Assembly: GCF_021028975.2 (NCBI RefSeq)
Contig: NC_059426.1
Location: 150,288,001 to 150,352,000 of the forward strand
Origin: Sphaerodactylus townsendi
Taxonomy: Eukaryota
Direction of reading: 5' to 3'
DNA length: 64,000 bases
Positions within the stretch are counted from its first letter, which is position 1. Every line of letters begins with the position of its first letter. Shown one piece after another: positions 1 to 13,972 of the stretch. The notes under the pieces were generated by a model. It made no database searches. It was not told the origin of the DNA and saw only the letters and a program-made list of their open reading frames with translations. The position numbers were made by a program, and so were the translations under genes.

Positions 1-3000
1 AAAATCCTTGGCAAGTTGAATATAGTTACGTTTCTCACCCTTCCTAATATGACAGAAACATGTCAATGACATGAAAAGATAATGGAAAAGGTGGTTAGGG
101 AGACTTTCTGTGTGTCTGTAGAATACCATAATAGGGAACAGTATAATTCCCTTGAGTTCTGGCTGTCAGATGAAGAAGGAAAAAGGAAGCAGTTGCAACA
201 CATCTGTCAAGGTGTTATTTCATACTTCAGGCTTTAAAGATTCCAACACCTCGTTTTGGAGGACACCATTTTGATGATCCCTGGTATGATATCCTTAGGC
301 AGGCAGGACTGGAACAACATACCCTTTTGAAGGAAAGACTGGCATGCTAGACAGTGCAGACAATGAGCTAGAGACAGAAGTCCTCATCTTATTAATCGGC
401 TCCTGGTACAAAATTCCCTTCTGCCTTGGTACTAAGTGATTTTTAAGGCCTTGCCAATTCTAGACATTTCTGACACTGCACCATAATTTCTCCCTAATAT
501 ACTACACTGTGTTTCATAATGGATTTTGATAGTGTAGTAGTAAGTAAAATTTAGAAACTTCCAAGGAGGCTCAAACTGACTTGTGCTTTAAACCTCTCAC
601 TGTCACTCTCATTTAGACAAGAGAGACTAAGGATAAATTTAAAGATCTACCCCCTTCCCCCAGAAAATCCCTCAAAGCAAACTGCCTCCTATGTACAAAA
701 CAATCTGTTCTCAGGAGGAGGTAGTCTGGAGACCATTACACCAATGTTCAACAACTGTCAGCTCTGAAACTGAAGTGTCAAGAAAGTGTAGGAATAAATT
801 AATGATGACTTGATTTTCACAAGTAAAATCTTACCTTATTTGCTATAACCATTGTGCCTTTTTCTGGAACGGTGTACCCAGGGCATCTTTGTGTAAACAC
901 TGATGCTATGATCCTTAGGACCTGAATCAGGAAGTGCATTTGTGGCGACATCTGTTTAATCCTGTTTGTTCTTTTGTAACTACTTTGGGTATCAGGCAGA
1001 TAAAACAGATAATGGTGTAATACTAGAAATAAGTAAGTCAGCTTCACTACCTTTCCTTTATATTCCTTGTGACAATCAAGGAAATCGCCTGTTTTGCAAC
1101 TTGATTTTTCCCCCCTTTCAGGTAGGTAGGACCTATAGCAGAAGAAGGAAAAGACCTGAGGTAGCCACAGGAAAGCTGTGCAAAAATGCTCCTGGGCAAT
1201 ACAAAAATGTCATGGGCAATGTAATGTAGACCCATTTCTAACATTTGATAAGGAATAAGAAAATAGACTGCTGAAAGCAGTGCTCACAATTTGCAACTGA
1301 ATTTGAGCATAGGAGCACTTGACAGAAAACAAAGGGAAACAACTAGCACAGCTACTTTAGCAATGGAATGAGAAGGGAAACAAAGGTGGGCCAAGACTAG
1401 CTGAGAGGAGAATTGAAGGCTGGCATTCTTCTGCCTCCACAGCAATACCCTGTCTTTATGACTATATTTTCATTCACTTTCCGGCCATTTGGTGGGCCTC
1501 TTGCTAGCTGGTAAGTAATTGCCCAGTGACATATTTAGCATCACTTGAGGAATGGTGCAAGCAGAAATTGTTTTCTAATTCATGTAATAGCACTTTCAAT
1601 GCACCCCACTCTGATCTTTAAGCACTTTGTCATTTTCACTTGGTCAGGAGCCACAGAAATGCATCTGTTGGTTTATTTCCCTTTCATTGGGTTCTACCTT
1701 TGCTGCTGGAACTGTTTTTCAAGGGAGTTAAAGTGAATTCTTCCACTGCTGTTACATAAAGCATGTGAATAAATGACATTGTAAGTGATCCGTTATTACC
1801 CTAACCCCTCCCCCTCCCGTGCAAATGTGTTCCTAATTTTCAGGTTACTGAGAAGGAAAAATAGCATTGTTAGTCATTTTACTGAACAAAAAATATTGGG
1901 ATGTCAATATGTTGCCTTGCATCACTGAACTTATCTGTAATATGATTAGGGTTCCTTCAGAACTATGCCCTTTCACTGTTCACTTCCATGGGAATATAAA
2001 TTACTGCAGTGGTTCCCAACTTTTTCAATATAGTGATCCACAAGTCCAAATTTAGTAAGTATGATGACCCATTCAAGGCTAACCAGATGTTTTTTGAGAA
2101 ACCAACAAACACTACAGAAAGGGAAGAGCTGACCCAAATGTGAACCTCACGTTACTGGCATTCTGAAATACACAACAGTGACATATGAATGTTACATTCC
2201 AGCCTTTGACCACCCTTTTCTCCATTGCTCCCTCTAATTCCCTCTAAGATTCTGGGGAACTCACTGTAACAACTATCAGGACACAGTTTACTTGATTCTT
2301 TATCAATCAATGCATGGTGAAGAAAAAAAACCAATTAATGTACCTTCTGGAACATACTGTTTAGAGTTTGGTTTCCAAAACACAGGTTAAAGCCTCGCCT
2401 CGGATTCCTCACTGAAGTTGGTTATTCAAGGAGCCATTTCACACATGATGATTTTCATAGAGAAATATTATTCAACGCAGGAAAATGTGTACACCTACCA
2501 TCTGTAGTCAAATGTCATGTTTTCATTGGTGAGCTAGCACAATTGGTTGCATTTATCACACATGACAGCATATAGTCTTTTCTCTTCGAAGAAGAAATAT
2601 CAGTGCAAGTATATCACATTAAAATGGCCTGGTTTTCAATCTCAGTGCAGTGCAATACAAACTGTGAAAGCACCCCTAGTTTCTATCTTAGTTTGGAAGA
2701 CCAACTTCTTACCACTGTGTAACAAAAATGTATGAGCGGGCAGATGCTACTCAACAGGTGTTTGCTCAGATTTGCTTAACTCTGAGTAACCTTTTTTCCC
2801 CTGTCAAGACCCAGCTGACTTGAGGCAATCCCGTAGGGTTTTTAAGGCAAGAGGCATCTGGAGAAGGTTCACCATTGTCCACCTCTGCATTACATATATT
2901 ACCTCTGTCTCTTGCCTTGAAAACCCTGTTGAGTTGCTAAAAGCAGGCTGCAAGTTGATAGCACTTTCCACCACCAATATATTTAATGGTTATTTAATGG

Positions 3001-5149
3001 TTAAAGAAAATATGCTGTAATAGCTGTTAATAATATCAAAAGTATTAAACAGTTTAATAACATTGACATATTACACTTTAATATAAACTTATTCCAACCC
3101 TTTTCACAGTTTGATCCCCTGCATATTCAGCCCTGGAGCATCAGATTACATAACTGGAAAAATCTGTTGCACAAGATACAATTCCGCCCTCCTGTAGTTA
3201 ACAATGTCAAAGTCAAGGACAAAGGATATATTTTAGAAAAGTAGAGTTCAGCAAACACAGAGCTGGGAAGAGGGAATATTACAACACTTTGGTGGTCATT
3301 TTCCTAAGCCCAGCAACAAAATCATGACTACTGTCTTTGTCTGGAAGCACAGCCATAACCTTTGCCCACACAGAGGAAAACTGGAAAGAAACACAGAAGA
3401 AAGCATAACCAGGTATCTTGTAATTAGGTTTTAAAATTAAGCATGCAAATTTGGATGTAAGTCCCACTGATCTGCTGAGACTTAAAACTTCTGCATACAC
3501 AAATTGTAATAGATTGTGGGTTACAGAGTCAGCATTGGGAAATAGCAAGAGCATGGAGTAGGAACTGGATTGAAATCTCCACTCCACCATGAAAGCTTAC
3601 TTGATGACCTTGGACTAGTAACTTTCTCTGTATAAACCAGATGAATACAGCTAGCAATTACTGTGGTAAAATGGGGAGGGTAGGTGGGCAAGCTGACAAA
3701 GGAGGCTCCTGAAGACAAAGGAGGCTGAGACTAGCATAAGCCGGCTTTTCATGGCTGTGCAGGTCCACTTGCCTACTGCCTGACATGGCAGGCTGCTTTT
3801 GTAGTGGCCTGAACTCAATGGATCTTCCCAGGGACACCATGTAGCCAGCAGCCATGCCTTCTAGCTCCTGCCCCCGCCCTCCCAAACAGCAACTGGTGGC
3901 CACAGTAAGTCGGAGCTGCATTTCTCTGCACCACCTAGTAGGAGGAGCAAATGATATTGTAAGCCACTTTGGGTCGCCATTGGGCAGCAGAGCAAGGCAT
4001 GAAAAAAATCTAAAAGGTGATGGTATTAAGGCAATAGCGTTATCTCAAAGCATTTAGAACATTTCACTCTGTTTTCCACCATGCTAGAAAGGTAGGAAGG
4101 GGAGGAAAAAATTTTTTGAATTTCTAATTGAAAAGTAGCATATGAATAAACTAGACCAACTAAAAGTATATAAAAAAGAATTCCTTACAAAGATTCTCCT
4201 CCCCACTTCTATCTAGTAAGTACCACTGCAAGCAGTGTGTGCTGGAAGCGGGTTCACCTTCTACTGTGCAAAGGAGATGTAGGTGATGGAGATTGAAAGT
4301 TACTACCTGACACAGAGTCTTGGGGCTGTGCATTCCTTTGATCTTTTCCACTTTGCCGACCTTGCCTCTAGGAGCATATGTAGAAGGTGATGTGACAACA
4401 CATAATGGATTGCCAGGGAGTCTAGTCTCTTACCAAGGGAATCATTAAAGAAGGGCCTTGAAAGGTTGATGTTTTCATTTATGTGGAAATTATTGATTTA
4501 CAGTGTGCTGTTCTTACATACGACAGTTGTCTGCATTAGTGGGATCAATCTGATAGCTAAAACTGATCCATGTGTTATGAAAAAAAGGCTACTACTGGGG
4601 CACATATATGGCACTCAAATCAGTTTTGCTGAGAATCCGAAAACCCTGTTATGATGCTGTTTCTTCATGTCTCGTGGAACAACGCCCACACTTTGCTATG
4701 TATATTGAATAGCTTTCTGTATGAGTTTTCATTAATTCTCCAGAGATTATAATATATAGAGATCTGTGATTCACATTCTGAAAGTGGCCCTACAGAGTCA
4801 AGTTATGCATACTCAAATGATACGTTTATTTTTATTCAGTATACTGTATGTCTATCTTCTTTTTCCTCCCAAGAGCTCAGATTGGTGTGTAATGTTTTTC
4901 ATCAGTACATAAACCCACTGAGATAGATTAGGTTAGGCTGAGAGAGAAAGAGACTAGCCCAAACTTATCTAGTAAGCTTAATGGCTGAGTGAAGATGCAA
5001 ATTCAGGTATCTGAAGTCCAAGTGTGCCACTTTAATTACTGTATTTCATTGACTTCAATAGTAGGCAAGAGGCTCCAAGTACTAATTTCTTCCTAACACT
5101 GAGCTACATACATGCATATGTATGTATGGCATAGGCACACATATCTAAT

Positions 5150-5480
5150 AGGTGGTGAGATTGCTCTTAAAGAAGTCGTCTTTGGGTCCTCAGGATCCAT
5201 CCAATTACTGCCCAGTTTCGAACCTTCATTTCCTGGTGAAGGTAATTGAGAGAGCAGTTGCAGAGCAGCAGCAGGTATTTCTAGATGAAACATCAGCCCT
5301 AGATCCATCCCAATCCAGTCTCTGTACTTGCCACAGGGTGGAAATAATTCTGGCTCCTCTCATGAATAACCTTCTGGGACACCTGGACTGAGGTGGGTCA
5401 GCCCTGCTGATATGTTTCAATTGGTAGATGACATATTGACCAGCCTTCTCACTGACATGGGAATACAGGGGACTGCCCTG
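5150..5480 (+). mobile_element. L2 RT N-terminal fragment
   Basis: LLKKSSLGPQDPSNYCPVSNLHFLVKVIERAVAEQ (NYRPISNL-like motif). Confidence 0.85.
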
Positions 5481-6534
5481 CTATTTGTGTGGGGAAATGA
5501 TTCATCTTCTTTTGCACTACTTCTGTTTCTACCAATAAATTCCAATGAACGTATGTATTTTTCAAGATCACTTGTGTGTCAAGAAATCTGCACCATGCAC
5601 ACCTTTATTTATTTATTTATTTATTTATTTATTATGAGATTTATGTGCTTTCTCCAAACAGTACAAAGGGGCAGCACTTACCTGGGTTGGTTTCTTTTGA
5701 AGAAGATAACACTAGAGACTGATGGTGTGTTTTAGTTTTTGGTTTGCTTGCAAATGTACAGGAACATGAAGAGCAACCCGTCCACTATGCCATGGAGACA
5801 AGCACATCTTACCATGCCAGCCATGGATAGAAACATTAGAAGTCAAAACTTCAAGACCAGGGCCCCACAGCCTCAAAAACCCACCATAGCCAAGTGATAC
5901 ACTATGCTGTAAATAAAATATACAGTCGAAATCAGATCCTGAGAGAGGGAGGGAAAGGGAGAGAGATCCTGCACTGCCAGAGTGCTTCAGTCAGTGTCAT
6001 TTTGCATCTTTCACTTTGTGTCCTTTGTTTTCTAAAACTACACTTCTTTTTCATGCTTCCCTGCACTGCACCTATGGATGATGAGTCATTTCCAAGAGGA
6101 ATTCCTTGAGCACAGCCATTAAAGCTCATGGGGCAGGATACCACTCCTAAGAAATTCCCATTCTTTTAGCCATCTAAGAAGGCTGAGCCACAGGATATAT
6201 GAAAGTGGTTTATAAGGACACGTATATACAGAACCAATAATTTTATAAAAGCTGACAGAAAAACAACAACAAAGATTTGAAAACACTGACACAAAAAGAG
6301 AAATGAGTAAAAAGGATTGTCAGACCTCAGAATCTAAGCAGGGAAGGAATGACAGGGTTACTACACAGAGGCAGGTATTGGCAAATGATCTCTGAATGTC
6401 TCTAGCCTTGAAAACATTGTGGAATTGCCAGAAGTCAGCTGTGACTTGACAGCACTTTCCACTACATAAAAGAAGTAACAGGGATCTTTTTTTTATCAAT
6501 CCTGGTTAGCAGCTCCAGAGGCGCAAATAGTCTG

Positions 6535-8525
6535 TTGCAGCACTAAATTGGGAGGAGCAGCAAGCACACCAGAGGGTAAAGATAGAATTCAGCGAGATTT
6601 AAACAGACTAGGAAAGTGGGTGGATGTGAACGAGATGCAATTCAGCAAGGAAAAGTGCTGAGTTCTACATCTGGGTAAAAAAAATGAGAAACATTCATAG
6701 TGGATGGAGAATACACTTCTGGGTAGCAATGTGTGTGAACAAGTTCTTGGAGTATGGACGGACTAAATTGTGAATATGAGCAGTCAGTTTGGTGCAGTGA
6801 CAAAAAAGGCTAGTGAGATCTCGGGGTATATCAATAGAGACATAACATCTGAATGGCAAGATGTCATAGTCCCACTGTACACCGCATTGGTCAGGCCTGG
6901 ATCATTGGGTGTAGTTCTGAAAATCTCACTTCAAAAACAATGTGGCTAAAATGGACCAGGTGCAGAAAAGAGCAATGAAGATTATGATGATCAGGGGCCT
7001 GAAGCGCAAGCCCTATGAGGAGAGAGACTTGGAAATGTTTAGCTTGGAGAAGAGGTTGAAAGGGGACATGATTGCTCTCTTTAAGTATTTGAAGAGCTGT
7101 CACTTAGAGGAGGCCAGGGAGCTGCTCCTCTTGGCAGGAGAGGATAGAACTTGCAATATTGGGTGAAATTACAGCTAGAAAGGTACCAACTGGATATTTT
7201 TATTTATTTATTTATTTCTTCAATTTATATACCGCCCAATCCCCAAAGGGCTCCGGGCGGTAAACAACATTATCTAAATATCAGACAGGAGCGGTCATAC
7301 AAAATATAAATACATAGGCTCCATCCCATAAAATAACTTAAAACTCATAAAACAGCGAATGACAGTAATACATAAATGAGCAAGAGGCGTCCAACCCCAA
7401 TTTAAAACCTACCCCCATGAGGGGAGAGACGGTGGGGCCCCTCAATATGAGGGGACCCTGATATAACTGGCCCAAGGCACAGAGCAGTAAGGGGGCACCC
7501 TTTGGAGCTGGACACTCCAAAGGCCCGGTGGAACAGCACGGTCTTACAGGCCCTGCGGAACTCACCTAGGTCCCGCAGGGCCCGGACAGCTGGAGGAAGG
7601 GTGTTCCACCAGGCCGGGGCCAGTGCCGTAAAAGTCCTGGCCCGCGTGGAGGCCAGCCGCATCATAGAGGGGCCGGGGACCACCAGCAAATTGGCCTCTG
7701 CAGAACGCAGGGGCCGAGATGGGACATATGGGGTGACGCGGTCCCGAAGGTACGAGGGCCCCAGGCCGCGCAAGGCCTTAAAGGTCAAAACCCACACCTT
7801 GAAGATGATTCGGAATTCGACCGGAAGCCAATGCAGCTGACGCAACACAGGCTGGATGTGTTCTCTGAAGGCGCCTCCTGTGAGCAGGCGTGCTGCCGCA
7901 TGTTGGACCAGTTTTAACTTCCGAATCAAGCGCAAGGGAAGGCCAGCGTACAGCGAGTTACAATAGTCCAGCCTGGAGGTGACCGTTGCATGGATCACAG
8001 TGGCCAGATCCGCCTGGGAGAGGAAGGGGGCCAACCGCCGGGCCTGACGAAGGTGGAAAAATGCAGTCCAGGTTGTATGGGCCACCTGGGTCTCCATTGA
8101 AAGAGACGAATCCAGGTGGATCCCCAGACTGCGAACGGAGTAGGTCGGCGCCAATGAGACCCCCTCCCACACCGGCAGCTGGAAGTCCCCAACCTCATCC
8201 CCGCGGCCTAGCCAGAGGATCTCCGTCTTCGATGGATTCAGTTGCAGCCTGCTCTGCTGCAACCAACCAGCTACCGCCTCCAAACAATGCTGGAGAGCTG
8301 CAGGGGTGGTAACTGTTCCCCCCTCCATCAACAGAATATCAGGACTTTTTTAATAGTACAAGTTGTCCAACGGTGGAATCAGATAATCAGAGAGCCTCAC
8401 TGGCAGCTTTTAAGCAGCAGCTTGACAAGCACTTGTCAAGAATGCTCTAGACTGATCCTGCATTGAGCAGGGGGATGGACTAGATGCCCTCTATGGTCCC
8501 TTTTAACTTTATGATTCAATTATTC
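6535..8525 (+). mobile_element. CR1 LINE 3' portion, split by the L2 at 7197-8336
   Basis: VQKRAMKIM...FSLEKRLKGDMIALFKYLK; 3' UTR resumes at about 8337 (caacggtggaatc...gactagatg...atgattc tail). Confidence 0.9.
7197..8336 (-). mobile_element. Young 5'-truncated L2 LINE (RT C-terminal region, 3' UTR, (TAAA)n tail) inserted into CR1
   Basis: 309-aa ORF without stops: LQLNPSKTEILWL, RLDYCNSLYAGLP, LHWLPVEFRIIFK; CpG-rich. Confidence 0.95.
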
Positions 8526-10044
8526 CTTACTTGAACCTAACACTTCAAGCAACAGAAAGGTGGAAATAGGGAGATATTATAAAGAGAGGTGAGCTAGAAA
8601 CAATAACCAGTCAAAGAGGATTCAACCCACTAATTTTCCCGCACTCCAAATTGACTGAATTATCTTTGATTGGTTATTGTTTTCAATTGGCCTATCTTGG
8701 AAACATCTTGCTACTTTCACCCTTCTGCTGCTTATAAGTGTAGTTATAAAGACATCATCTATGAAATCCACTTATCTGATCAAATGCCTCATGCTTTCTT
8801 ATGTTGTAATAAGTGTCGTTAGTCTTTGAGGTACTACTGGACTTCCATTTGATTTTCCTAATAAGCAGGTAAATGTAAAATTTAGAGATTTAAAAAACAT
8901 CCAGGAAAAAAAATCAAGATCATAGTATGGATCCAGAAGAATCCTTATCCTCACTGTCAAGAAGAGTAAAATTGCAAAGGGGATAAGAAATTAAACTAAA
9001 GGAGTGTAGAATTATGTAGATTCAAATAGAGAGGCACAAAATGTTATGGGTTTACATACAGAAGTCCAGTCAAACCCAATTTATGTGAATGAGTTCAGTT
9101 AGCACTGACCTCAGAGGAGCTTGCATCAAGGGACTACGGGCACAGTGTCAGATTAGGAATAGAGTGTCAGATTAGGAACAGTGTCAGAATCCCAGTCTAC
9201 CCTGGGTAACCTTGGGCCTTTAATTATCTTCCTGTATAATCTACTGGTCTATTGTAAGGATAAAATTAGCTGGAACATCCATTCATCCCTGTTGTCCTGG
9301 GGCATTTGTAATTCCCTGGGATTTTGAGTGAATGAAATGAATGACTACAGTACACATATTGTTAAGATAGTGTTCTATCATGGACTATCAGGTATTTTGT
9401 CTCAATTTGTGATATATTGCCTGTGTAATATCATAAATCCAAGATGGCTGTCCCTACAGGCATTAATTTGCATCCCAGGCTATAACTCCTTTTAGAGTGG
9501 TCCTCTGAAAATGTTACTAATGACCTTTTTGCTAAACATAATAAGGAACAAAAAATTGTTAGTAATAATTCAGTATTATTAACCATTTAGAAGAAGAGTT
9601 TGTGTTTATACCCCACTTTTCTCTAAGTCTCAAAGAGGCTTACAATATTTTTCCCTTCTCCCCATAACAGATACTTTGGCCCACTATGCATGGAATGCTT
9701 ATTTGGGGGCTCTTAGCTGCACAGAAGGGCTGGAGCGAGGGGAAACTGTGCCCAGGGTACTCGTGCACCCTGCGCCCCTGCCATGCCTTTGCCTGCCCCA
9801 GATCGCCCCTGTCATGCCCCAGAATGCCCACACCATGCCCCCGCACTGGCGTGAGCCTGGTGCATCGTGTGCACACACACACCCCACTTCCTCGGTGCTA
9901 CGCCACTGCTGTGCAGTATGGCTTTGGTGTGATCTCCTCATGCTTCTCTGTTTACATGCAAGGAGCCAGTCTCTCTCTGCCCCACAGCTGCTTGCTGAAG
10001 TCTCAACAGGCCTCTGCTTTGTTAAAGTCCTTTAAACTACAGTT

Positions 10045-10807
10045 ATATTTATATAGCTCTGGTTGTAGTTATATAGATAGTCTGCCCATACCAAATCCAC
10101 CCCCCCAATGAAACAGGCAAAGCAATTTCCTGGACCACACAGTGCTGAAGAAGGGGACCATGTGCCATCTGGACATGGCCCACCCACCCTACAGAGGAAG
10201 GGGAAGGTGAGTGAGGGTCCGGAGGTTTGCTGGACCAAACACTCTGAAATTTGAACACAACGTAGCTCATGCCTCCCAGCGTATTTTAAGCCACTTACCT
10301 AGCTCATGTACCACACCTATCCCAGGTAAACCATTATAACAAGCTACGTTCCACCCAGTTCTCTCCCCCCCCCCACATAGGAACCAAAAGTCAAGTAGAA
10401 ACGGATACACACATCTCTTAGTGGTGCGTTTCAGCCTAACTGTGAGAGGTATTGTGTACATGCTACACCTGTGACAGTTGAAACCATGGTTTTGTTCCAC
10501 AACAGCGCCATCTGGTGGATGTCAACAGCAACACACTTCACCTGCAAGGGTAGGGAGTGAAAGGGATGGTTTCCACCATCTGGACATGGGCCACCCACCC
10601 TAGCAGAGGAAGGGGAACATGAGGGAGGGAGGGGGCGGGGTGCCATGCAAGGGAACGGGAGAGAGGGAGGGGAGAGAGGGGGCCCTTGCCCCTCCCTTCC
10701 CTTGCAAGCATTGTGCAATGACACATGTTAGAACTGTTCGCTTTCTCTTTTCTTTCTTTTCCACTTCACCAGACTGAGCCACAGCAAAGTGTGGCCGGGT
10801 ACACTAG
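10045..10807 (+). mobile_element. Non-autonomous Helitron
   Basis: 3' hairpin GCCACA-gcaaag-TGTGGC (10778-10795), then CTAG 10804-10807 followed by T; AT-rich 5' end poorly defined. Confidence 0.7.
10503..10518 (-). promoter_or_regulatory. Consensus CTCF motif
   Basis: CCACCAGATGGCGCTG on the minus strand. Confidence 0.55.
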
Positions 10808-12412
10808 TATCTCAATATTAGCATTTGGAGAAACAGGACAGAGCTGGTAATGTGGAAGGGAAGGCAGGGGGAAAGGAATGGACAGCAGTGTGAGGGAGTG
10901 GGAAGGATGAAGCTAGGTAGGCCATGGGCATAGGGTGGATGTCTGAGGCAAAGCTGTGTTCACTGGCAAATCTGTGCCACTCTGGCCATAAAGTAGATTA
11001 AAAGTTATGCTAGAAGTGGTGTCACTTAATGTGGAGAGAATGGAAAGTGAAAGTGTGACTTGAGGAGATATATCAGTAAAAGAAATCTTGGTGCAAAGAA
11101 CATTAGCCCCCATTGCGCACCAGATCCCTTCTGCATGATCAGTCTTTGTAAAGTACATGGGGCTGAGAGGGTTCCAAGAAAATTGTGACTGGCCCAAGGT
11201 CACCCAGCAGGCTTCATGTCAAGGAGTGAGAAATCAAACCCAGTTCTCTAGATTAGTATCCACCATTCTTAACTACTGTACCATGCTATACCACTATACT
11301 ACACATTTAGGAGATATAGGCTATTATACTATTAATTCCATTACAAATCCTCTTTTTTACAATTGTTTTTAGGTCTCTATGAAATATTGCAACATTCTCA
11401 TTGGAATATGCAATTTATTGAAACTATTGTATTTATGTACCATGAAATAATGCTTTACAGGTTTCACAAGTCCTTATCAGGGTCCCAGAGATCATTTTTC
11501 TGCTGAAAGGGTAGCATAAAAACATGGGCAATAAATATACACTTTTGGAGTCTTACCAACCAAGGGCAGCTTGAAAAGAGGATAGGAAAACCCTCCAAGA
11601 GAGTTTTTTTCCCTCTTGCCATAGTCTTAATTTACTGGTGGTTAGTTAGGTCACAGCCTGGGTCATAATATTTTTGTCATTTTAAAATCACCCACTGGCA
11701 GTCAAGAAAGAACCAAGAACAAATTAGTCCTGCGACGGCAGTCAAGTGCAGACTGTATATAGTAATATAATTGAAATCAGAATCTGATTAGGGAGGTTAG
11801 TGCAAGATTCTCCGGATGCCACTGAAATTACCATTCAGCCTACAGTGCATATTCCATTTGCTGCTCTCATGCAGACACGTTCTCAGCCCGATTTAGAAAA
11901 CATCACTGCCTTGAATGTTGTTTTGTTTGTTAATTTCAAGGCAAGCATATGTTCCATGCTCTGCTTCTAAGTTTAGACCTATTCATAGTTTCCAAGATGC
12001 TGCAGTACTTTTGCAGCCTCTGCAACAGTTTGTTGCACTGAGCCCCCTGAAGCATTGGAACTTTCCTCCAAGCAACTTTGGATGGAAAAGCAGGCTCCTG
12101 TTTTCCATAGAATCAAGTGCAGAAGAGGCGGTCTGCAAGGCTTAGGCAGTGGCAACCAGGCTGATGTTTCCTCCTTGCATTGATCAGGAAGCCAACAAGG
12201 TCAGTGTTTGGGACAGCCTGCCCCTATTGAGAATGGCAGGACAAATGGAGAGTGTCCCATTTCAGCATGTCTGCATAAAGTTTATTCCTGTCATTGGTGC
12301 AATCAAATTAAATTTGTTTGCCAAAAGTCAAAGCTATTGAAGCCTCTCTTTTAATTTCCTGCTCGATATTCCAGGAATTATGGAGCCATCTACTGGCGTC
12401 TTTTCTTATAGG

Positions 12413-12415
<3 letters not shown>

Positions 12416-12488
<73 letters not shown>

Positions 12489-12495
12489 TGTGTGT
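12416..12495. repeat. (TG)n microsatellite
   Basis: About 40 TG units, nearly perfect. Confidence 0.98.
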
Positions 12496-13559
12496 ATATA
12501 AAAAAACCAACTATAGCTCTTGAACTCTGAAAGTAATGTTTAAACCAACATCATAAAAGACCAATCCAGTTAGACATGCAAACTGCAGGGGTCTATAGTA
12601 GCATCTTCAGCATGTGCTTCCAGAACAATGAAATATTTAACTGAAGGTACATTGGAGTGGTATATGAGATGCCAGAATAACCACAAAGTGAAGGGAACAT
12701 CAGGACAAGATTTTAATGGGACAAACAGGGTTCTTTGAGATGCTTTGCAGTTGCCAAATGGAAATAGATTTTTGCCAATGCACTAAAACAATCACAGTAG
12801 TCATTTCTGCGCAGCACAAATAAAACATTAAAAGTGTTTGGGGGAAGAAGTCCACACAGCTTTTTCCCCAAAATGATTTTGGGATTTTTTATTTCTGCTC
12901 AACTAGGATTTTTGTAAAAATGCTAAGTTAGTGATCTTTTTCCTCAAGACAGGTTGAAGATGTTTCCTGCTTGTGCAGAAAGCAGGAAACATCTCAATCT
13001 TCCTGCCTGACTTCTAACAGCTCTTACTTTCATTTTCGCCAAAGCTCATGCCCACCATTTTCTCCCTCTTGTAATTCTCCCTGCCACACTGCATTTGGTG
13101 AAGGTTTCCCTTGGAGGCTTCCTCTGCTTGCAGCTCATCTGCCTGCAATTTCATTGTACAAAGTTCAATGAATAAAATTCATTCAGCAAGTTATCCCGTG
13201 AACCTGTTGTTTTTCCTCTCTCATTTGTTTGTTTTGAGGGAGGTGTCTCTGAAGCTACTCAAAATATGTGCATACTGCCCATTCTCATTGGGTTGTCATA
13301 GTTTTGAAGATACCTTCCCCAAAGAAAAAAAATGACAGTCCAAACTAATTTTAAATGATTTCCTGTTGCTGCAAAACCGAGTTCGGCCTACCTGAGCCTT
13401 TGAGGATGTGCTGCCAACATACCTTAGAGGACTAGAGTCATATTACAGCAGCTTGCAACATTCAATCGTGAGCTTATTCAGACTATTATTGACACTGTCC
13501 TGCGGTGCACATCTCTATATAAGTGATTTCTCTTTAAACAAAGGATATATTTACTTCCA

Positions 13560-13705
13560 AATGGCCCTGGCTATCCTGATCTCATTGGACCTTGGAAGTT
13601 TATCAGGGTCAGCCATGATTAGTACTTGGATGGGAAACCACCAAAGAAGTCCAGGGTTGCTATGCAGAGGCAGGTATGGCAAACCACTTCTTTGAAAACT
13701 CTGCA
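13560..13705 (+). mobile_element. 5S rRNA-headed Sauria SINE (5S-Sauria-like)
   Basis: cctgatctc...ggaagtttatcagggtc...ttagtacttggatgggaaacc matches the 5S internal control region; followed by gcagaggcagg..atggcaaaccac Sauria body. Confidence 0.78.
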
Positions 13706-13972
13706 GTCATTAGTGTTGCCAGACCACCACTAGGGGTGGGGGACCCTCACTTTGGGGTTCTCCCCCAGTACTGTTCAGTTGACCAGCAAGGGGATCTACC
13801 AGAGGCAAACTGAGGGCTGTTGCTGGTGTTCCATTGACATCATTTATGGCGCTCACTGAAGGCGACACCATGTTGCCGGCAAGGTGGGATGCTCGGTTTT
13901 TGGGTGAAAACTCTAAGGTATAAATAGGTTCTACTACCTCATTTTTTCCCAAATACCAAGTATCCCCATGTC

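Larger units (their letters stand above)
9590..11290 (-). mobile_element. Squam3-like SINE split into a tail (9590-9678) and a head (11155-11290) by about 1.5 kb of inserts
   Basis: The two halves join into the 58105-type SINE; the gap holds a hAT-like MITE (about 9724-9908) and the Helitron. Confidence 0.65.

Noticed and set aside
830-960. Minus-strand exon ending at AAG/GTAAG
   Set aside because: Good donor but weak acceptor and no recognisable peptide
7402-8331. 309-aa ORF as a host gene
   Set aside because: It is the C-terminal part of L2 ORF2, 5'-truncated, with a LINE tail
8520-8860. Hammerhead in a decayed inverted Penelope (Neptune-like) remnant
   Set aside because: The inverted repeat and ttagtctttgaggtactactggac end are visible, but the catalytic core is lost
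13560-13665. Functional 5S rRNA gene
   Set aside because: Diverged, lacks a T-run terminator and continues into a SINE body
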